DNA from: Chloroflexota bacterium
GTDB taxonomy: Bacteria; Chloroflexota; UBA11872
DNA length: 64,000 bases
NCBI GenBank assembly: GCA_965262745.1
Contig: OZ253558.1
Span: 1,946,602 to 2,010,601, forward strand
Direction of reading: 5' to 3'
The stretch's first letter is position 1. Each line of letters starts with the position of its first letter. The notes beneath the pieces are model-generated. The model saw only the letters and a list, made by a program, of their open reading frames with translations, did no database searches and was not told the DNA's origin. Below, one piece after another: positions 19,592 through 30,153 of the stretch. Position numbers and translations under genes: made by a program.

Positions 19592-21166
19592 CTACGAAGG
19601 TTTGTCCGGCGTGGATTGCGTACCGCGGGCGCGGAGCAAGGCGTACTCGTAGCTGTCCTTCAGCGCCAGCCACGAGGCCTCGATGATGTTGGCTGAGCTG
19701 CCCACGGTGCCCCACTCGCCCTCGCCATCGGAGGACTGGATGAGGACGCGCACCGCCGCGTCCGTCGCAGCGCTGGAATCGAGGATTCGAACCCTGTAGT
19801 CGGCAAGGTGCATGCCACCAAGCTCGGGAAAAAATCGCTCCAAGGCCTTGCGGGCAGCGCGGTCGAGTGCACTGACGGGGCCGTTGCCTTCGGCCGCGGT
19901 GTGGAAGATCTCGTCCCCAACGCGGATTTTCACCATGGCCTCGGAAAGCATGTCGCGTCCGCCGCGAGTCTCCGCCAAGACGAGAAAGTCAACGAAGTCA
20001 AACGGCGGCTGGTAGTCCCCGGTCAGACGCCGCAGCAGCAATTCGAACGAAGCCTCGGCGCCTTCGAACTGAAAGCCGCGTTCTTCAAGCGACTTCAGCT
20101 CCTGGACGACGCTGGCCGCGTCGGTTTCGGAGCCCAGCCCGAGAGCATCCGCTCGGGCGACGACGGAACTGCGCCCGGCCAGCTCTGAAATGAGGATGCG
20201 GGAGTCGTTGCCCACCAGCACCGGGTCGATGTGCTGATAGGCATCGCTGTGCTTGCGCATGCCGCTGCCGTGATACCCCGCCTTGTGGGCAAACGCGCTG
20301 TGGCCGGCGAACGGCGTCTGCGGATCGAGGGTCACATTGGCGATCTCCGCGACATAGCGCGCCAGCGCCGCCGTCTGACGCAGCTGCGCGGGAGCGACGC
20401 AGTCGTATCCGAGCTTGAGTTGCAGCGTTGGGATCAGCGTCAGCAGATTGGCGTTGCCGCAGCGTTCGCCGAGCCCGTTGGCCGTGCCCTGCACCTGACG
20501 CGCGCCCGCATCAACGCCGGCAAGGGCGTTGGCTTCGGCCAGGTCCAAGTCGTCGTGGGTGTGGATGCCTAGCGGCAGGTCCGTCCAGGCAGCGGCCGCC
20601 GAGATTCCATCCCTGATTCCGGCCGGCAGGGACCCGCCGTTGGTGTCGCAGAGCACCAGCCAATCGGCGCCGGCGGCGACGCGCACGCACTGCTCCACGT
20701 AGGCGCGATCGTGGGCGAGGCCGTCGAAATAGTGCTCAGCGTCGACGATGACTTCGCGGCCAGCGTCCTTGAGGAAGGCCACCGAGTCGCGAATCATCGC
20801 CAGGTTCTCGTCTGGTGTCGTTTCGAGCACGGTCTCGGCTTGAAACCGAGAGAACTTGGCCACGATGGTCACGGTCGGCGTCTGACACGCGAGCAGGGCT
20901 TGCAGGTTGTCATCCGCGGCGGCGCGGGTGCCCTTGTAGCGAGTCGCGCCGAACGCGGTGATGCGTGCGTGCTTCCAGGTTCGCTCTGCGGCGCGGGTAA
21001 AAAACTCGCGGTCCTTGGGGTTGGACCCCGGAAAGCCGCCTTCGATGTAGTGCACGCCGTAGGCGTCGAGACGCTCGGCGATGCGGAGCTTGTCTTCGGC
21101 GGAAAACGAGATGCCCTCGGTCTGCGCGCCGTCGCGCAGGGTCGTGTCGTACAGGGAGAGTTGCAT
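19592..21166 (-). CDS. cimA: Citramalate synthase
   Basis: YDTTLRDGAQTEG, GGFPGSNPKD, DAEHYFDG, LCDTNGG, GERCGNA, AFAHKAG, AEGNGPV. Confidence 0.93.
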   Translation of the reverse strand: MQLSLYDTTLRDGAQTEGISFSAEDKLRIAERLDAYGVHYIEGGFPGSNPKDREFFTRAAERTWKHARITAFGATRYKGTRAAADDNLQALLACQTPTVTIVAKFSRFQAETVLETTPDENLAMIRDSVAFLKDAGREVIVDAEHYFDGLAHDRAYVEQCVRVAAGADWLVLCDTNGGSLPAGIRDGISAAAAWTDLPLGIHTHDDLDLAEANALAGVDAGARQVQGTANGLGERCGNANLLTLIPTLQLKLGYDCVAPAQLRQTAALARYVAEIANVTLDPQTPFAGHSAFAHKAGYHGSGMRKHSDAYQHIDPVLVGNDSRILISELAGRSSVVARADALGLGSETDAASVVQELKSLEERGFQFEGAEASFELLLRRLTGDYQPPFDFVDFLVLAETRGGRDMLSEAMVKIRVGDEIFHTAAEGNGPVSALDRAARKALERFFPELGGMHLADYRVRILDSSAATDAAVRVLIQSSDGEGEWGTVGSSANIIEASWLALKDSYEYALLRARGTQSTPDKPS

Positions 21167-21244
21167 GGGCAAGTTCCTCAGCGGAGGTGGGACGTTGCAG
21201 GGCCTGAATAGGTGTGGGCTATGGCCCACCGGCCGGCGATTCGC

Positions 21245-21340
21245 TTAGCGAGTCACCGCGCGGACCGCCGCCGCAATGCCAGCCGCGCCCGTGAACGCGG
21301 GCTTCACGGGTCGCGGATATTCCTTGCTTCGGGCAGTCAT
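21245..21340 (-). CDS. Putative 31-aa leader peptide upstream of cimA
   Basis: ATG 21340 to TAA 21245, MTARSKEYPRPVKPAFTGAAGIAAAVRAVTR; followed by hairpin GTGGGC-N4-GCCCAC at 21214-21229. Confidence 0.3.
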   Translation of the reverse strand: MTARSKEYPRPVKPAFTGAAGIAAAVRAVTR

Positions 21341-21402
21341 GGACTGAGGCCTGTCAGTGGCGGTGCGCCGGCCGCCGAGGGCATTGTAGGGCGTCCGAAG
21401 GA

Positions 21403-22014
21403 TCATTCGGCAGTCGGGAATCCGGCGAGATAGGGCAGACGGGTGCTTGTCCGGCGGACGTCGTCGGCGTTTTCCATGAGTTGGCCAAGCGCATCCCAGC
21501 GGCCCGTCAAGAAGCTCGCGCGAGCGCTGGCAGGGATGGCGGCGGGGTAGCCCCCGTGGTCCGTCGCGACGCGCTCCGCCTCCACGTCGACGGTGAGCTC
21601 GGTGTCCGGAGCCTCGTCGAGAAGCGCCTGCAGAGATTCGACGTGCTCGGGAGTCATCGTGACGCAGGGCAGACCGATGGCCACGCAGTTGCCAAAGAAG
21701 ATCTCGGCAAAGCTCTCGCCGACGATCGCCCGAATGCCGCGGCGGAGCAACGCCTGCGGCGCATGCTCACGGCTTGAGCCGCAGCCGAAGTTTCGATTCA
21801 CGACCAGCACGCCGGCATCGGCGAAGCGCGGGTCATCCATCGGGTGCGCCCCGTTGAGCGCCCGGCGCTCGTCCTCGAAGGCGTGGGGGCCAAGCCCGTC
21901 GAACGTGATTTCCCGCAGGTAGCGCGCCGGAATGATCCGATCGGTGTCGATGTCGTCGCCGCGCACCGGCATGCCGCGGCCGGCGATGCGAGCAATGACG
22001 GCTGAATCGCTCAT
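21403..22014 (-). CDS. leuD: 3-isopropylmalate dehydratase small subunit
   Basis: DDIDTDRIIPARYL, NFGCGSSREHAP, SFAEIFFGN. Confidence 0.95.
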   Translation of the reverse strand: MSDSAVIARIAGRGMPVRGDDIDTDRIIPARYLREITFDGLGPHAFEDERRALNGAHPMDDPRFADAGVLVVNRNFGCGSSREHAPQALLRRGIRAIVGESFAEIFFGNCVAIGLPCVTMTPEHVESLQALLDEAPDTELTVDVEAERVATDHGGYPAAIPASARASFLTGRWDALGQLMENADDVRRTSTRLPYLAGFPTAE

Positions 22015-23417
22015 CAGGCGACCATCCGGCGCACGTCGGTGACCTCGCCGGCGAGGGCCGCGGCGACGACCATGGCCGGACTCATGAGGAGCGTGCGGCC
22101 CGTGGGGCTGCCCTGGCGGCCCTTGAAGTTCCGGTTGCTGGACGAGGCGCAAATCTGATTGCCCTGCAACTTGTCCGGGTTCATGGCCAGGCACATGGAA
22201 CACCCGGCTTCGCGCCATTCAAACCCAGCCTCGCGGAAGATCTCGTGCAGGCCGGCGGCTTCGGCCTCGGCCCGAATGCGCTGCGATCCGGGAACGACCA
22301 GGGCCTTGACGCCATCGGCGACGCGCCCGCCCTGAGCCACGCGCGCGGCCTCGTGCAGGTCGCTGAGCCGGGCGTTGGTGCAGGATCCGACAAAAGCTAC
22401 GTCGATCGGAATGCCGGCCACAGGGCGCCCGGCCTCAAGCGACATATGCGCCAGTGCCTCCTCGGCAGCCGCGCGGCCCGCTCCATCGAGCGCCTCCGGC
22501 GACGGCACGACGTCATCGACACCCGTGACCTGCCCCGGGTTGATTCCCCACGTGACCATGGGAGCGATGTCGGCGCCGTCCATGACCACGACATCGTCGT
22601 AGGCCGCGTCCGGCGCCGAGGCGAGCGAGCGCCACCACGCGGCGGCGCGCTGGAACTCGTCGCCGGCCGGAGCGTATTCCCGACCCTCAATGTAGGCCTC
22701 GGTAGTGGCGTCGGGGTTGACATAGCCAACGCGCGCCCCGCCCTCGATGGACATGTTGCAGATCGTCATGCGCTCGTCCATGGACATGGCGTCGACAACC
22801 GTGCCGGCGTATTCGTAGGCGTAGCCAACGCCGCCTTGCACGCCGAGGCGGCCGATGATGTGCAGGATCACGTCCTTGGCGTAGATCCCCGAGCTCAGCC
22901 GGCCATTCACCTCGATGCGGCGCAGCTTGGGCTTGGCCACCGAGAGACATTGCGTGGCGAGCACATCGCGGACTTGCGAGGTGCCGATGCCGAACGCGAC
23001 CGCTCCAAACGCGCCGTGGGTGCTGGTATGGCTGTCGCCGCAGGCAATACTCATGCCCGGTTGGGTAAGACCCAGCTCGGGTCCGATGACGTGCACGATG
23101 CCCTGACGACCGGTAGACGGGTCGAAGAACGGCAGGTCATTGGCCCGTACGTTCTCCTCGATGGCGGCGAACATCTGCTCGGCCATACCGTCGGCATAGG
23201 GCCGCGGCTGCTGGTCGGTCGGAATGATGTGGTCAACCGTGGCGAAGGTCCGCTCCGGATAGCGCACGCGCAGCCCGCGCTCGGCAAGCATCTGGAAGGC
23301 CTGCGGGCTCGTGACCTCGTGCACCAAATGCAAGCCGATGAAGAGCTGCGTTTCGCCGTTGGGGAGGCGCCGCACGGTGTGCAGGTCCCATACGGTATCG
23401 AGCAATGTGCTGGCCAT
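22014..23417 (-). CDS. leuC: 3-isopropylmalate dehydratase large subunit
   Basis: [46 protein letters not shown]. Confidence 0.97.
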   Translation of the reverse strand: MASTLLDTVWDLHTVRRLPNGETQLFIGLHLVHEVTSPQAFQMLAERGLRVRYPERTFATVDHIIPTDQQPRPYADGMAEQMFAAIEENVRANDLPFFDPSTGRQGIVHVIGPELGLTQPGMSIACGDSHTSTHGAFGAVAFGIGTSQVRDVLATQCLSVAKPKLRRIEVNGRLSSGIYAKDVILHIIGRLGVQGGVGYAYEYAGTVVDAMSMDERMTICNMSIEGGARVGYVNPDATTEAYIEGREYAPAGDEFQRAAAWWRSLASAPDAAYDDVVVMDGADIAPMVTWGINPGQVTGVDDVVPSPEALDGAGRAAAEEALAHMSLEAGRPVAGIPIDVAFVGSCTNARLSDLHEAARVAQGGRVADGVKALVVPGSQRIRAEAEAAGLHEIFREAGFEWREAGCSMCLAMNPDKLQGNQICASSSNRNFKGRQGSPTGRTLLMSPAMVVAAALAGEVTDVRRMVA

Positions 23418-23425
23418 GGCGCCCC

Positions 23426-25000
23426 CTAGCCTTCGCTCGGCGGCGCGTGCACGATGGCCTGCGCCTCAGGCTTGGCCGACCAGTCCTTGCCCAGCCCGGC
23501 CAGCAGCCGGTTGAGCGCGTTGATGTAGGCCTGCGCACTCGCGACCAAGATGTCGGTGTCGGCGCCGTGGCCGTTGAAGACCTTGGCATCCGACTCGATA
23601 CGAATCGTCACCTCGCCGATGGCGTCGATGCCGCCGGTGACCGCATTCACCGAGAACTCGATGAGACGGTTGGGCACCCCGACGATGCGGTTGATGGCTT
23701 GGTAGATGGCGTGGACCGGGCCGTCGCCGATCGCCGCGTCCGAGAATTCGGTGCCGTCGTCCGACAGCAGACGCACGGTAGCGGTGGGCATGGAGCCTGT
23801 GCCGGCGCTGACCTGCACGTGTTTCAACACGAAGGCTTGGTGGAACGCTTGGCGCTGCCGGTGCTGCGCGATGGACTCGAGGTCGCGGTCGGTGACCTGC
23901 TTCTTGCGGTCGGCAATCTCCTTGAACGCGCGGAACACCGCCGCGAACTCGTCGTCGTCCAGGGTGTAGCCCATGGATTTCAGCCGATCGCGCACCGCGT
24001 GCCGGCCGGAGGTCTTGCCAAGGATGATGCTGCTCTGGCTGACGCCCACGTCGGCTGGGTGCATGATCTCGAAGGTCGTGCGCTCCTTGAGCATGCCGTC
24101 CTGGTGGAGCCCGGAGGCATGCGCGAACGCATTGCCCCCGATGATGGCCTTGTTGGGCGGCACGACCATGCCCATGAAGTTGGACACGAGGCGACTGGTT
24201 CTGGCCAGCTCTTTCGTGTCGAGGCGCGTGTCGGCCTGGAAGTACTCCCGCCGCGTGCGCAGCGCCATGATGATCTCCTCCAGCGCCGCGTTGCCGGCGC
24301 GCTCGCCGACGCCGTTGATGGTGCATTCGACCTGACGGGCGCCGGCCCTGACCGCGGCCAGCGAGTTGGCGACCGACTGGCCCAGATCGTCGTGACAGTG
24401 CACCGAGAGCACGACGTCCTCGATCCCCGGCGTGTGCTCGGTCACGTAAGCGACCATGCGGCCGAATTCATCCGGCTGCGCGTAGCCGACCGTGTCGGGG
24501 AAATTCACGACCGTGGCGCCGGCTTCGATGGCCGCGGCAAAGATCCGGCAGACAAAGTCCAGGTCCGACCGCGTGGCGTCCATGGCCGAGAACTCGATGT
24601 GCGACGTGAACTGGCGCGCGTAGGCCACCGCGTCCTGCGTCAGATCGAGGACATGCTCACGCCGCGCGCGCAGCTGATGCTGCAGGTGAATGTCCGACGT
24701 CGAGATCACGATATGCAGCAGCGGATTGGCGGCCGGCTCCAGCGCCCGCCAGGTGCTGTCGATCTGCTCGCGCTTGAATCCGCTCAGGGCGGCGATTTCA
24801 ACGTCCCGAAGCTCCTGGGCCAGAAGATTGACAGCCTTGAAGTCGCCGGGGGACGTGTGCGGAAAGCCGGCCTCGATGACGTCTACGTTGAGTCGCCCGA
24901 GCTGCCGGCCGATCTCCAGCTTTTCGTCAATCGTCAGCGCGCCGCCGGCAGCTTGCTCCCCATCGCGCAGCGTCGTGTCAAATATTCGGATGTGTCGCAT
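23426..25000 (-). CDS. leuA: 2-isopropylmalate synthase
   Basis: [36 protein letters not shown]-terminal regulatory domain GDGPV. Confidence 0.96.
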   Translation of the reverse strand: MRHIRIFDTTLRDGEQAAGGALTIDEKLEIGRQLGRLNVDVIEAGFPHTSPGDFKAVNLLAQELRDVEIAALSGFKREQIDSTWRALEPAANPLLHIVISTSDIHLQHQLRARREHVLDLTQDAVAYARQFTSHIEFSAMDATRSDLDFVCRIFAAAIEAGATVVNFPDTVGYAQPDEFGRMVAYVTEHTPGIEDVVLSVHCHDDLGQSVANSLAAVRAGARQVECTINGVGERAGNAALEEIIMALRTRREYFQADTRLDTKELARTSRLVSNFMGMVVPPNKAIIGGNAFAHASGLHQDGMLKERTTFEIMHPADVGVSQSSIILGKTSGRHAVRDRLKSMGYTLDDDEFAAVFRAFKEIADRKKQVTDRDLESIAQHRQRQAFHQAFVLKHVQVSAGTGSMPTATVRLLSDDGTEFSDAAIGDGPVHAIYQAINRIVGVPNRLIEFSVNAVTGGIDAIGEVTIRIESDAKVFNGHGADTDILVASAQAYINALNRLLAGLGKDWSAKPEAQAIVHAPPSEG

Positions 25001-25154
25001 CGGCCAAACCCTCGTTCACAGTCACGGGCGGTCGCAGGACGACCGCGTCCAGGCCCCCAAGCTCCCCTCTCGCGGCTGGAGAGGGGCGGGGAAGCGCAAG
25101 ATCGAGGGACCAATTGGCAGTGACGAGAGTCACCTTGTCGATGCGAAGCGTCAT
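24978..25154 (-). CDS. Putative Leu/Val-rich 58-aa internal leader ORF between ilvC and leuA
   Basis: ATG overlaps the ilvC stop (ATGA); [24 protein letters not shown]...; crosses two hairpins and ends inside the leuA start. Confidence 0.3.
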   Translation of the reverse strand: MTLRIDKVTLVTANWSLDLALPRPSPAARGELGGLDAVVLRPPVTVNEGLADATHPNI

Positions 25155-26155
25155 TCGCGCGTCTTTGGCAGCCAATCCATCATACTGCGCAATTCGCTCC
25201 CCACGCGCTCGAGGTCGTGATTCAAGTCGGCATTGCGCAGGGCGCTGTACGCCGGCCGGCCCGCCTGGTTTTCCAGAATCCAGTTGCGGGCGAACGTGCC
25301 GTTCTGAATCTCGGTCAGAATCTGACGCATGGCCTGCCGGGAGCCCTCATTGATCACGCGGGGGCCCGACACCAGATCGCCGTATTCGGCGGTGTCGCTG
25401 ACCGAATGCCGCATGTAGGTGAGGCCGCCCTGATAGATGAGGTCCACGATCAGCTTGAGCTCGTGCAAGCACTCGAAGTAGGCCAGCCGCGGGTCATAGC
25501 CAGCCTCGACCAAGGTCTCGAAGGCCGCCTTGATGAGCGCCGTCGTGCCGCCGCACAGGACGCTCTGCTCGCCAAAGAGGTCGGTCTCCGTCTCGTCCTT
25601 GAAGGTCGTCTCGATGAGGCCGGCCCGCGCGGCGCCAAGCGCCTTGGCATAGGACAACGCCACGGCGCGGGCACGCCCGGTCGCGTCCTGCGCAACGGCG
25701 ATCAGCGCGGGAACACCAATCTCCTGCTCGAACATGTCGCGCACGATATGTCCGGGGCCTTTGGGCGCCACCATGACCACGTCGATATCCGGCGGCGGCA
25801 CGATCTGGCCGAAGTGAATGTTGAACCCGTGCGCGAACATGAGCGCCTGACCGGCTTTGAGGTTGGGCCGAATCTGGGTGTTGAAGGCCTCGGCTTGGGT
25901 CTGATCGGGCAGCGCGATCATCGTGGCATCGGAGACGGCGACCGCCTCGTCGGTGTCGAGCACCACCAAGTCGGCGTCCTCGGCGCGCTCGCGCGACGAA
26001 CTGCTCGATCGCAGGCCGACGACGACGTCGACGCCGGAATCACGCAGGTTCAGCGCATGGGCATGCCCCTGGCTCCCGTAGCCGAGCACGGCAACTTTCT
26101 TGCCATCCAACTCATCAGTCTCGATGTCGGATTCGTAGAGAACTTTGCTATCCAC
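25151..26155 (-). CDS. ilvC: Ketol-acid reductoisomerase
   Basis: [49 protein letters not shown]; GTG start after GGAG. Confidence 0.97.
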   Translation of the reverse strand: MDSKVLYESDIETDELDGKKVAVLGYGSQGHAHALNLRDSGVDVVVGLRSSSSSRERAEDADLVVLDTDEAVAVSDATMIALPDQTQAEAFNTQIRPNLKAGQALMFAHGFNIHFGQIVPPPDIDVVMVAPKGPGHIVRDMFEQEIGVPALIAVAQDATGRARAVALSYAKALGAARAGLIETTFKDETETDLFGEQSVLCGGTTALIKAAFETLVEAGYDPRLAYFECLHELKLIVDLIYQGGLTYMRHSVSDTAEYGDLVSGPRVINEGSRQAMRQILTEIQNGTFARNWILENQAGRPAYSALRNADLNHDLERVGSELRSMMDWLPKTRE

Positions 26156-26669
26156 GTGTGCTCCCATTCCGCGAGGCTTTGGACCCACGCGCCATGGCTA
26201 CGACGCCAGTGCGCGTCAACTCGTCGATGCCGTATTCGGCGATCACGTCCAGGAATCGGTCGATTGTGTCGGAAGCACCGGTGATCTGAACAATCATGGT
26301 GTCGCGCCCCACGTCCACGATCTCGCCGCGAAAAATGCTGGCAATGTCCGCCAGACCGGGGCGGTCCGCCGGGGCGGCGCGAACGCGGACCAGCGCCGTC
26401 TCCCTCTGCACGGCGGCGACGTCGGTGAGGTCACGAATCGTGATGACCTCCACCAGCTTGTAGAGCTGCTTCTCGAATTGCTTGATCTCGTCGTCCGTGC
26501 CCCGGACTTCGATGGTCATGCGGGAATAGCCCGGCTCCTCGCAATTGCCAACGGCCAGGCTGGCGATGTTGAATCCGCGGCGTCGGAACATGCTGGCCAC
26601 GCGGGTGAGCACACCCGGATGGTCGGCCACCATGGCCACGAGGGTGTGGCTGCGGCTGGTTCCGTTCAT
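26148..26669 (-). CDS. ilvN: Acetolactate synthase small (regulatory) subunit
   Basis: [39 protein letters not shown]. Confidence 0.95.
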   Translation of the reverse strand: MNGTSRSHTLVAMVADHPGVLTRVASMFRRRGFNIASLAVGNCEEPGYSRMTIEVRGTDDEIKQFEKQLYKLVEVITIRDLTDVAAVQRETALVRVRAAPADRPGLADIASIFRGEIVDVGRDTMIVQITGASDTIDRFLDVIAEYGIDELTRTGVVAMARGSKASRNGSTRG

Positions 26670-28387
26670 CGCGGGTCCTCGATGACGCTGCGCACGCCCG
26701 TGCCGGGCACGATCATGGGATAGACGTTCTCGACGCGGTCGACGTGCACGTCGAGCACGACGGGGCCGTCGTAGGCATGCGCGTCCGCAACGGCAGTGTG
26801 GAGATCGTCGCGCGACCTCACGGAGACGCCGCGGAGGCCGAATGCCTCGGCCACTTTGGCGAAATCGGGATTGTCGAGAAACGCGCCCATGTAGCGGCCG
26901 TCGTAGAAGAACTGCTGCCACTGGCGAATCATGCCCAGGTGGGCGTTGTTGAGAATGGCCACCTTGACCGGAATCTTCTCCGCGGCCAGCGTGTTGAACT
27001 CCTGGATGTTGATGAGCAGGCCGCCGTCCCCGGTGACGCACCACACGGGCTCACCGGGCGCGCCCATCTGCACGCCCATGGCCGCGGGCAGGGCATAACC
27101 CATCGGACCGAGGCCGCCGGCGCTGAAGAAGCGGCGCGGCTGCTCGTACCAGAAGTGCTGCGAGGCCCACATTTGGTTCTGGCCCACGTCGGCCACCACC
27201 CGCGCGTCGCCGCCCGAAGCGGTGTAGATCGCCCGCACGACTTCCTGCGGCAGCACCGTATCGGGGCTGTCAGGGATATCGAGCGATGGGTGGTTCGCGC
27301 GCCACTCGTTGAGCTGGTCAATCCACGGCCGCCGCTCGCGATGCTCGATGAGCGGCGTTAGGGCCTGCAGGGTGAGCTTGAGGTCGCCCACGATGGGCAC
27401 CTCGGTGTCCAGCACCTTGCCAATCTCGGCCGGATCGACGTCGATGTGCACGACCTTGGCATTCGGCCCGAACTCATCGACCTTGCCGACGGCGCGGTCG
27501 TCGAAGCGCACGCCCAACCCGATGATGCAGTCGGTCTCGCCCATGGCGAAGTTGGCATAAGCCAACCCGTGCATGCCCAGCATCCCGAATGACAGCGGGT
27601 GGGTCTCTGGAAACCCGCCAACACCGTGCAGCGTGGTCACCACGGGAATGCCGCCCCCGGTGGCCAACTCGAAGAGCTCGGGCGCGGCGCCTGAAATGTC
27701 AATGCCGTGACCGGCCATGATCATCGGTCGTTCGGCAGCGTTGATGACCTCCGCCGCGCGGCGCACCATCTTGAGGTTGCCGGCGCGGACGGGACGGTAG
27801 CCGCGGAGCGTCACCCGGTCGGGCGCCGGGACGGTGGTTTCTTCGAGAAAGACGTCCTTGGGCACGTCCACCACCACCGGACCCGGGCGTCCGGTCTTGG
27901 CCAGATAGAAGGCCTCGGCCATGACATGGGGCAGCTCGTCGGCATGCATCACGAGATAGTTGTGCTTGGTGATGGGGATGCTGATGCCCGTGATGTCGGT
28001 TTCTTGGAACGCGTCCGAGCCGATGGCCGGACGCGCGACCTGACCGGTGATGTAGACCACGGGCACGGAGTCCATGTGGTCGTTGGCCATGCTGGTGACG
28101 AGGTTCGTCGCACCGGGACCCGAGGTGCTCGTGGCCACGCCGACCTTGCCGGTTGCCCGCGCATAGCCGTTGGCCGCAAACCCGGCGCCCTGCTCGTGGC
28201 GGGCCAGCACGTGCCGGATGCGGTCTTGATAGTGGTAGAGCGCGTCGTAGAACGGTAGCGAGGCGCCGCCGGGCATCCCAAAGATCACATCGATGCCCTC
28301 CGCAAGGATGGCCTCGCAGATCACCTGGCCGCCAGAGCGGGCGGGCACGGCGCCGTTGGTCGAGTTTGGGGATTCAGTGGCGGTCAT
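26666..28387 (-). CDS. ilvB: Acetolactate synthase large subunit
   Basis: FGMPGG, RHEQGA, TSGPGATN, DAFQETD, GMLGMHG, GDGG...NN ThDP motif. Confidence 0.97.
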   Translation of the reverse strand: MTATESPNSTNGAVPARSGGQVICEAILAEGIDVIFGMPGGASLPFYDALYHYQDRIRHVLARHEQGAGFAANGYARATGKVGVATSTSGPGATNLVTSMANDHMDSVPVVYITGQVARPAIGSDAFQETDITGISIPITKHNYLVMHADELPHVMAEAFYLAKTGRPGPVVVDVPKDVFLEETTVPAPDRVTLRGYRPVRAGNLKMVRRAAEVINAAERPMIMAGHGIDISGAAPELFELATGGGIPVVTTLHGVGGFPETHPLSFGMLGMHGLAYANFAMGETDCIIGLGVRFDDRAVGKVDEFGPNAKVVHIDVDPAEIGKVLDTEVPIVGDLKLTLQALTPLIEHRERRPWIDQLNEWRANHPSLDIPDSPDTVLPQEVVRAIYTASGGDARVVADVGQNQMWASQHFWYEQPRRFFSAGGLGPMGYALPAAMGVQMGAPGEPVWCVTGDGGLLINIQEFNTLAAEKIPVKVAILNNAHLGMIRQWQQFFYDGRYMGAFLDNPDFAKVAEAFGLRGVSVRSRDDLHTAVADAHAYDGPVVLDVHVDRVENVYPMIVPGTGVRSVIEDPR

Positions 28388-28451
28388 GGGGAAGTGCTCC
28401 TGTCAAGGGTGGAGAATCGCTAGATCGAAGGGGGATCCGCGGACCGGCGCT

Positions 28452-28562
28452 TTAGCGCCGGTCCGCGCTACCTACCGCGACATGCACCGCCCGACCCAGC
28501 AGCCCGCCTGAGCGAGCGGCCCGGAAATTGCTTCTGGGACCTGCCGTCGCGTGTTCGTTCAT
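28452..28562 (-). CDS. Putative 36-aa leader peptide between T-box terminator and ilvB
   Basis: MNEHATAGPRSNFRAARSGGLLGRAVHVAVGSADRR; stop codon lies in the loop of a perfect 13-bp hairpin (28438-28467). Confidence 0.35.
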   Translation of the reverse strand: MNEHATAGPRSNFRAARSGGLLGRAVHVAVGSADRR

Positions 28563-28577
28563 CCTGCCCTTAGTACG

Positions 28578-28805
28578 TACGAAAGCCCGTCCCCAGGGGA
28601 CGGGCTCAACCCGCGGTACCACCCCGATTGCCCGGCATTCGCCGGACCACTCGGCGCCCCGCTAACGGTGGGCAACCGGGCCGGTCTCCCCGCAGATCGA
28701 CCGGCCGGCTCAGAGGCGACCTTCGGTACCCGCAACCCGCTGGCTCGCACCATCTCCAGCTCGCTCAGGGTTGGAGGGATACCTACTCTTCCCCGTCAAC
28801 GCCGT
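28578..28805 (-). promoter_or_regulatory. T-box riboswitch with Val (GUC) specifier and intrinsic terminator, upstream of the ilv-leu operon
   Basis: Minus strand: GCGTTGACGGGGAAGAGTAG, AGCGAG and GGTGCGAG boxes, specifier loop GAA-G-GTC-G-CCTCTGAGC (GTC at 28718-28720), T-box AATCGGGGTGGTACCGCG (28612-28629), terminator AGCCCGTCCCCTGGGGACGGGCTTTC. Confidence 0.92.
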
Positions 28806-29039
28806 CATCTTCTCGGCCCCTGCCACGCGTTGGCGCAGCCGCCACCCAGCAGGTTCGGCTCCAACGTATCAGGCAGGCCGGGGCTGGGCAAGACTTCCAC
28901 GCCCACGAACGCGGATGATCTTGATCAGCGCCCGTCAACCACTCCGGCGAAGCGCCGGCCCCGTCGTGGATGCGGATCGGCTATCCAACCCCGCCGTCCC
29001 ACCCGCGGGAAGTCGCTCGCCATCCCGCATAATGCCCAA

Positions 29040-29684
29040 ATGCCTGCGACGCCCGACATTCCCGCCGCCGAGCGGCGCTATGTGGTCTGGGACGTCGAGA
29101 CGCTGCGGCTGAGCACCGAAGTCCGCGGCGGCTGGCGCCGAATCAGGGACTTTGGGTTGGCGGTGGCGGTGACCATTGACGATCAAGGCGTGCAGCAGTC
29201 GTGGCAGGAACCCGAGGCCCGGGCGCTCATCGACTACCTTGAGGGCTTCCCCCACATCGTCGGCTTCAATTCGTTGCGGTTCGACGCCGAGGTCATGTCG
29301 GCGTACGGCCCCGTCGACACGCTGCGGGAACGCACGCTGGACTTGCTGGCGGCAATGCAGCGCGCCACCGGCCGCCGTCGCGGCCTCAGCTTGCAGAACA
29401 TCGCGCAAACCATGTTTGGTGAGGGCAAGACGCTGGACGACGCGACCGAGTCGGTCGACCTGTGGCGCACCGGGCGACCGGACGACCGGCAGCGGGTGAT
29501 CGACTACTGCGCGCAGGACGTGGTGCTGACGCGGCGCATCCTCGAGTTCGGGCTAGCCCACGGCTATGTGCTGGCGCCGGTGCCGGACGTCAACAACAGG
29601 GGCGCGTCGGTCGGCGTGCGAGTGCCGGTCGCGTGGGGTCAATTGGCAGGCCTGGCCGGCGGACCGATGCCGCTGGAGTCCTAG
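29040..29684 (+). CDS. RNase H-like DEDD 3'-5' exonuclease (YprB/MrfB-like)
   Basis: WDVET (ExoI), GFNSLRFD (ExoII), YCAQDV (ExoIII). Confidence 0.8.
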   Translation: MPATPDIPAAERRYVVWDVETLRLSTEVRGGWRRIRDFGLAVAVTIDDQGVQQSWQEPEARALIDYLEGFPHIVGFNSLRFDAEVMSAYGPVDTLRERTLDLLAAMQRATGRRRGLSLQNIAQTMFGEGKTLDDATESVDLWRTGRPDDRQRVIDYCAQDVVLTRRILEFGLAHGYVLAPVPDVNNRGASVGVRVPVAWGQLAGLAGGPMPLES

Positions 29685-29706
29685 CCGGAAAAGCGCCGCG
29701 TCGCGG

Positions 29707-30108
29707 CTAGCCGAATATCACGAGCGCAGCCACGGTGCCCGTCACGGCGCCGATTGCCGCACCCATGACCAAGGCAACGAGCAGCCACATGGCGCCGGGA
29801 GGGCCCGGGGCTGGGGCTGTGAGCAATCGCTCGGCGACGGCCGCGGGCTGACGGCCCGCGGCTGGGTGATTCACGGCGTCGGCCTCGATGAGTCGCGGCT
29901 GACCGAGGTCTTCTTTGTCGTGACTTGGCGCAGCTGGACGGGCCGTAGGCCTGGGAGATGGGTCATCCGCCGCCCGGCCGGGAGCATTTGCAACCGAGAC
30001 CCTGGCCAAATGCTCGATGAGGTTCGTGCCGCGATCGCTCGCGTCGCCAACCCGGGTCGCACGAGGTTCGCCCATGCGGCAGGCTATCACGGAGTCCCGG
30101 ACGCGCAC
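29707..30108 (-). CDS. Hypothetical protein with C-terminal membrane anchor
   Basis: Pro/Ala-rich body, terminal hydrophobic helix; follows coaBC on the same strand; start uncertain. Confidence 0.45.
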   Translation of the reverse strand: MRVRDSVIACRMGEPRATRVGDASDRGTNLIEHLARVSVANAPGRAADDPSPRPTARPAAPSHDKEDLGQPRLIEADAVNHPAAGRQPAAVAERLLTAPAPGPPGAMWLLVALVMGAAIGAVTGTVAALVIFG

Positions 30109-30153
30109 GGCTGGGCCGCCGGCGAATGGCCTTCGTCGACGCTGGTGCCGCGG

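Noticed and set aside
23405-25123. Long antisense ORFs (also 4523-5818, 22245-23429, 50664-52595)
   Set aside because: Shadows of well-supported genes on the other strand, expected at high GC; no motifs
28551-29039. N-terminal extension of the exonuclease ORF (377 aa in the track)
   Set aside because: Overlaps the T-box on the opposite strand; recognisable domain starts after ATG 29040
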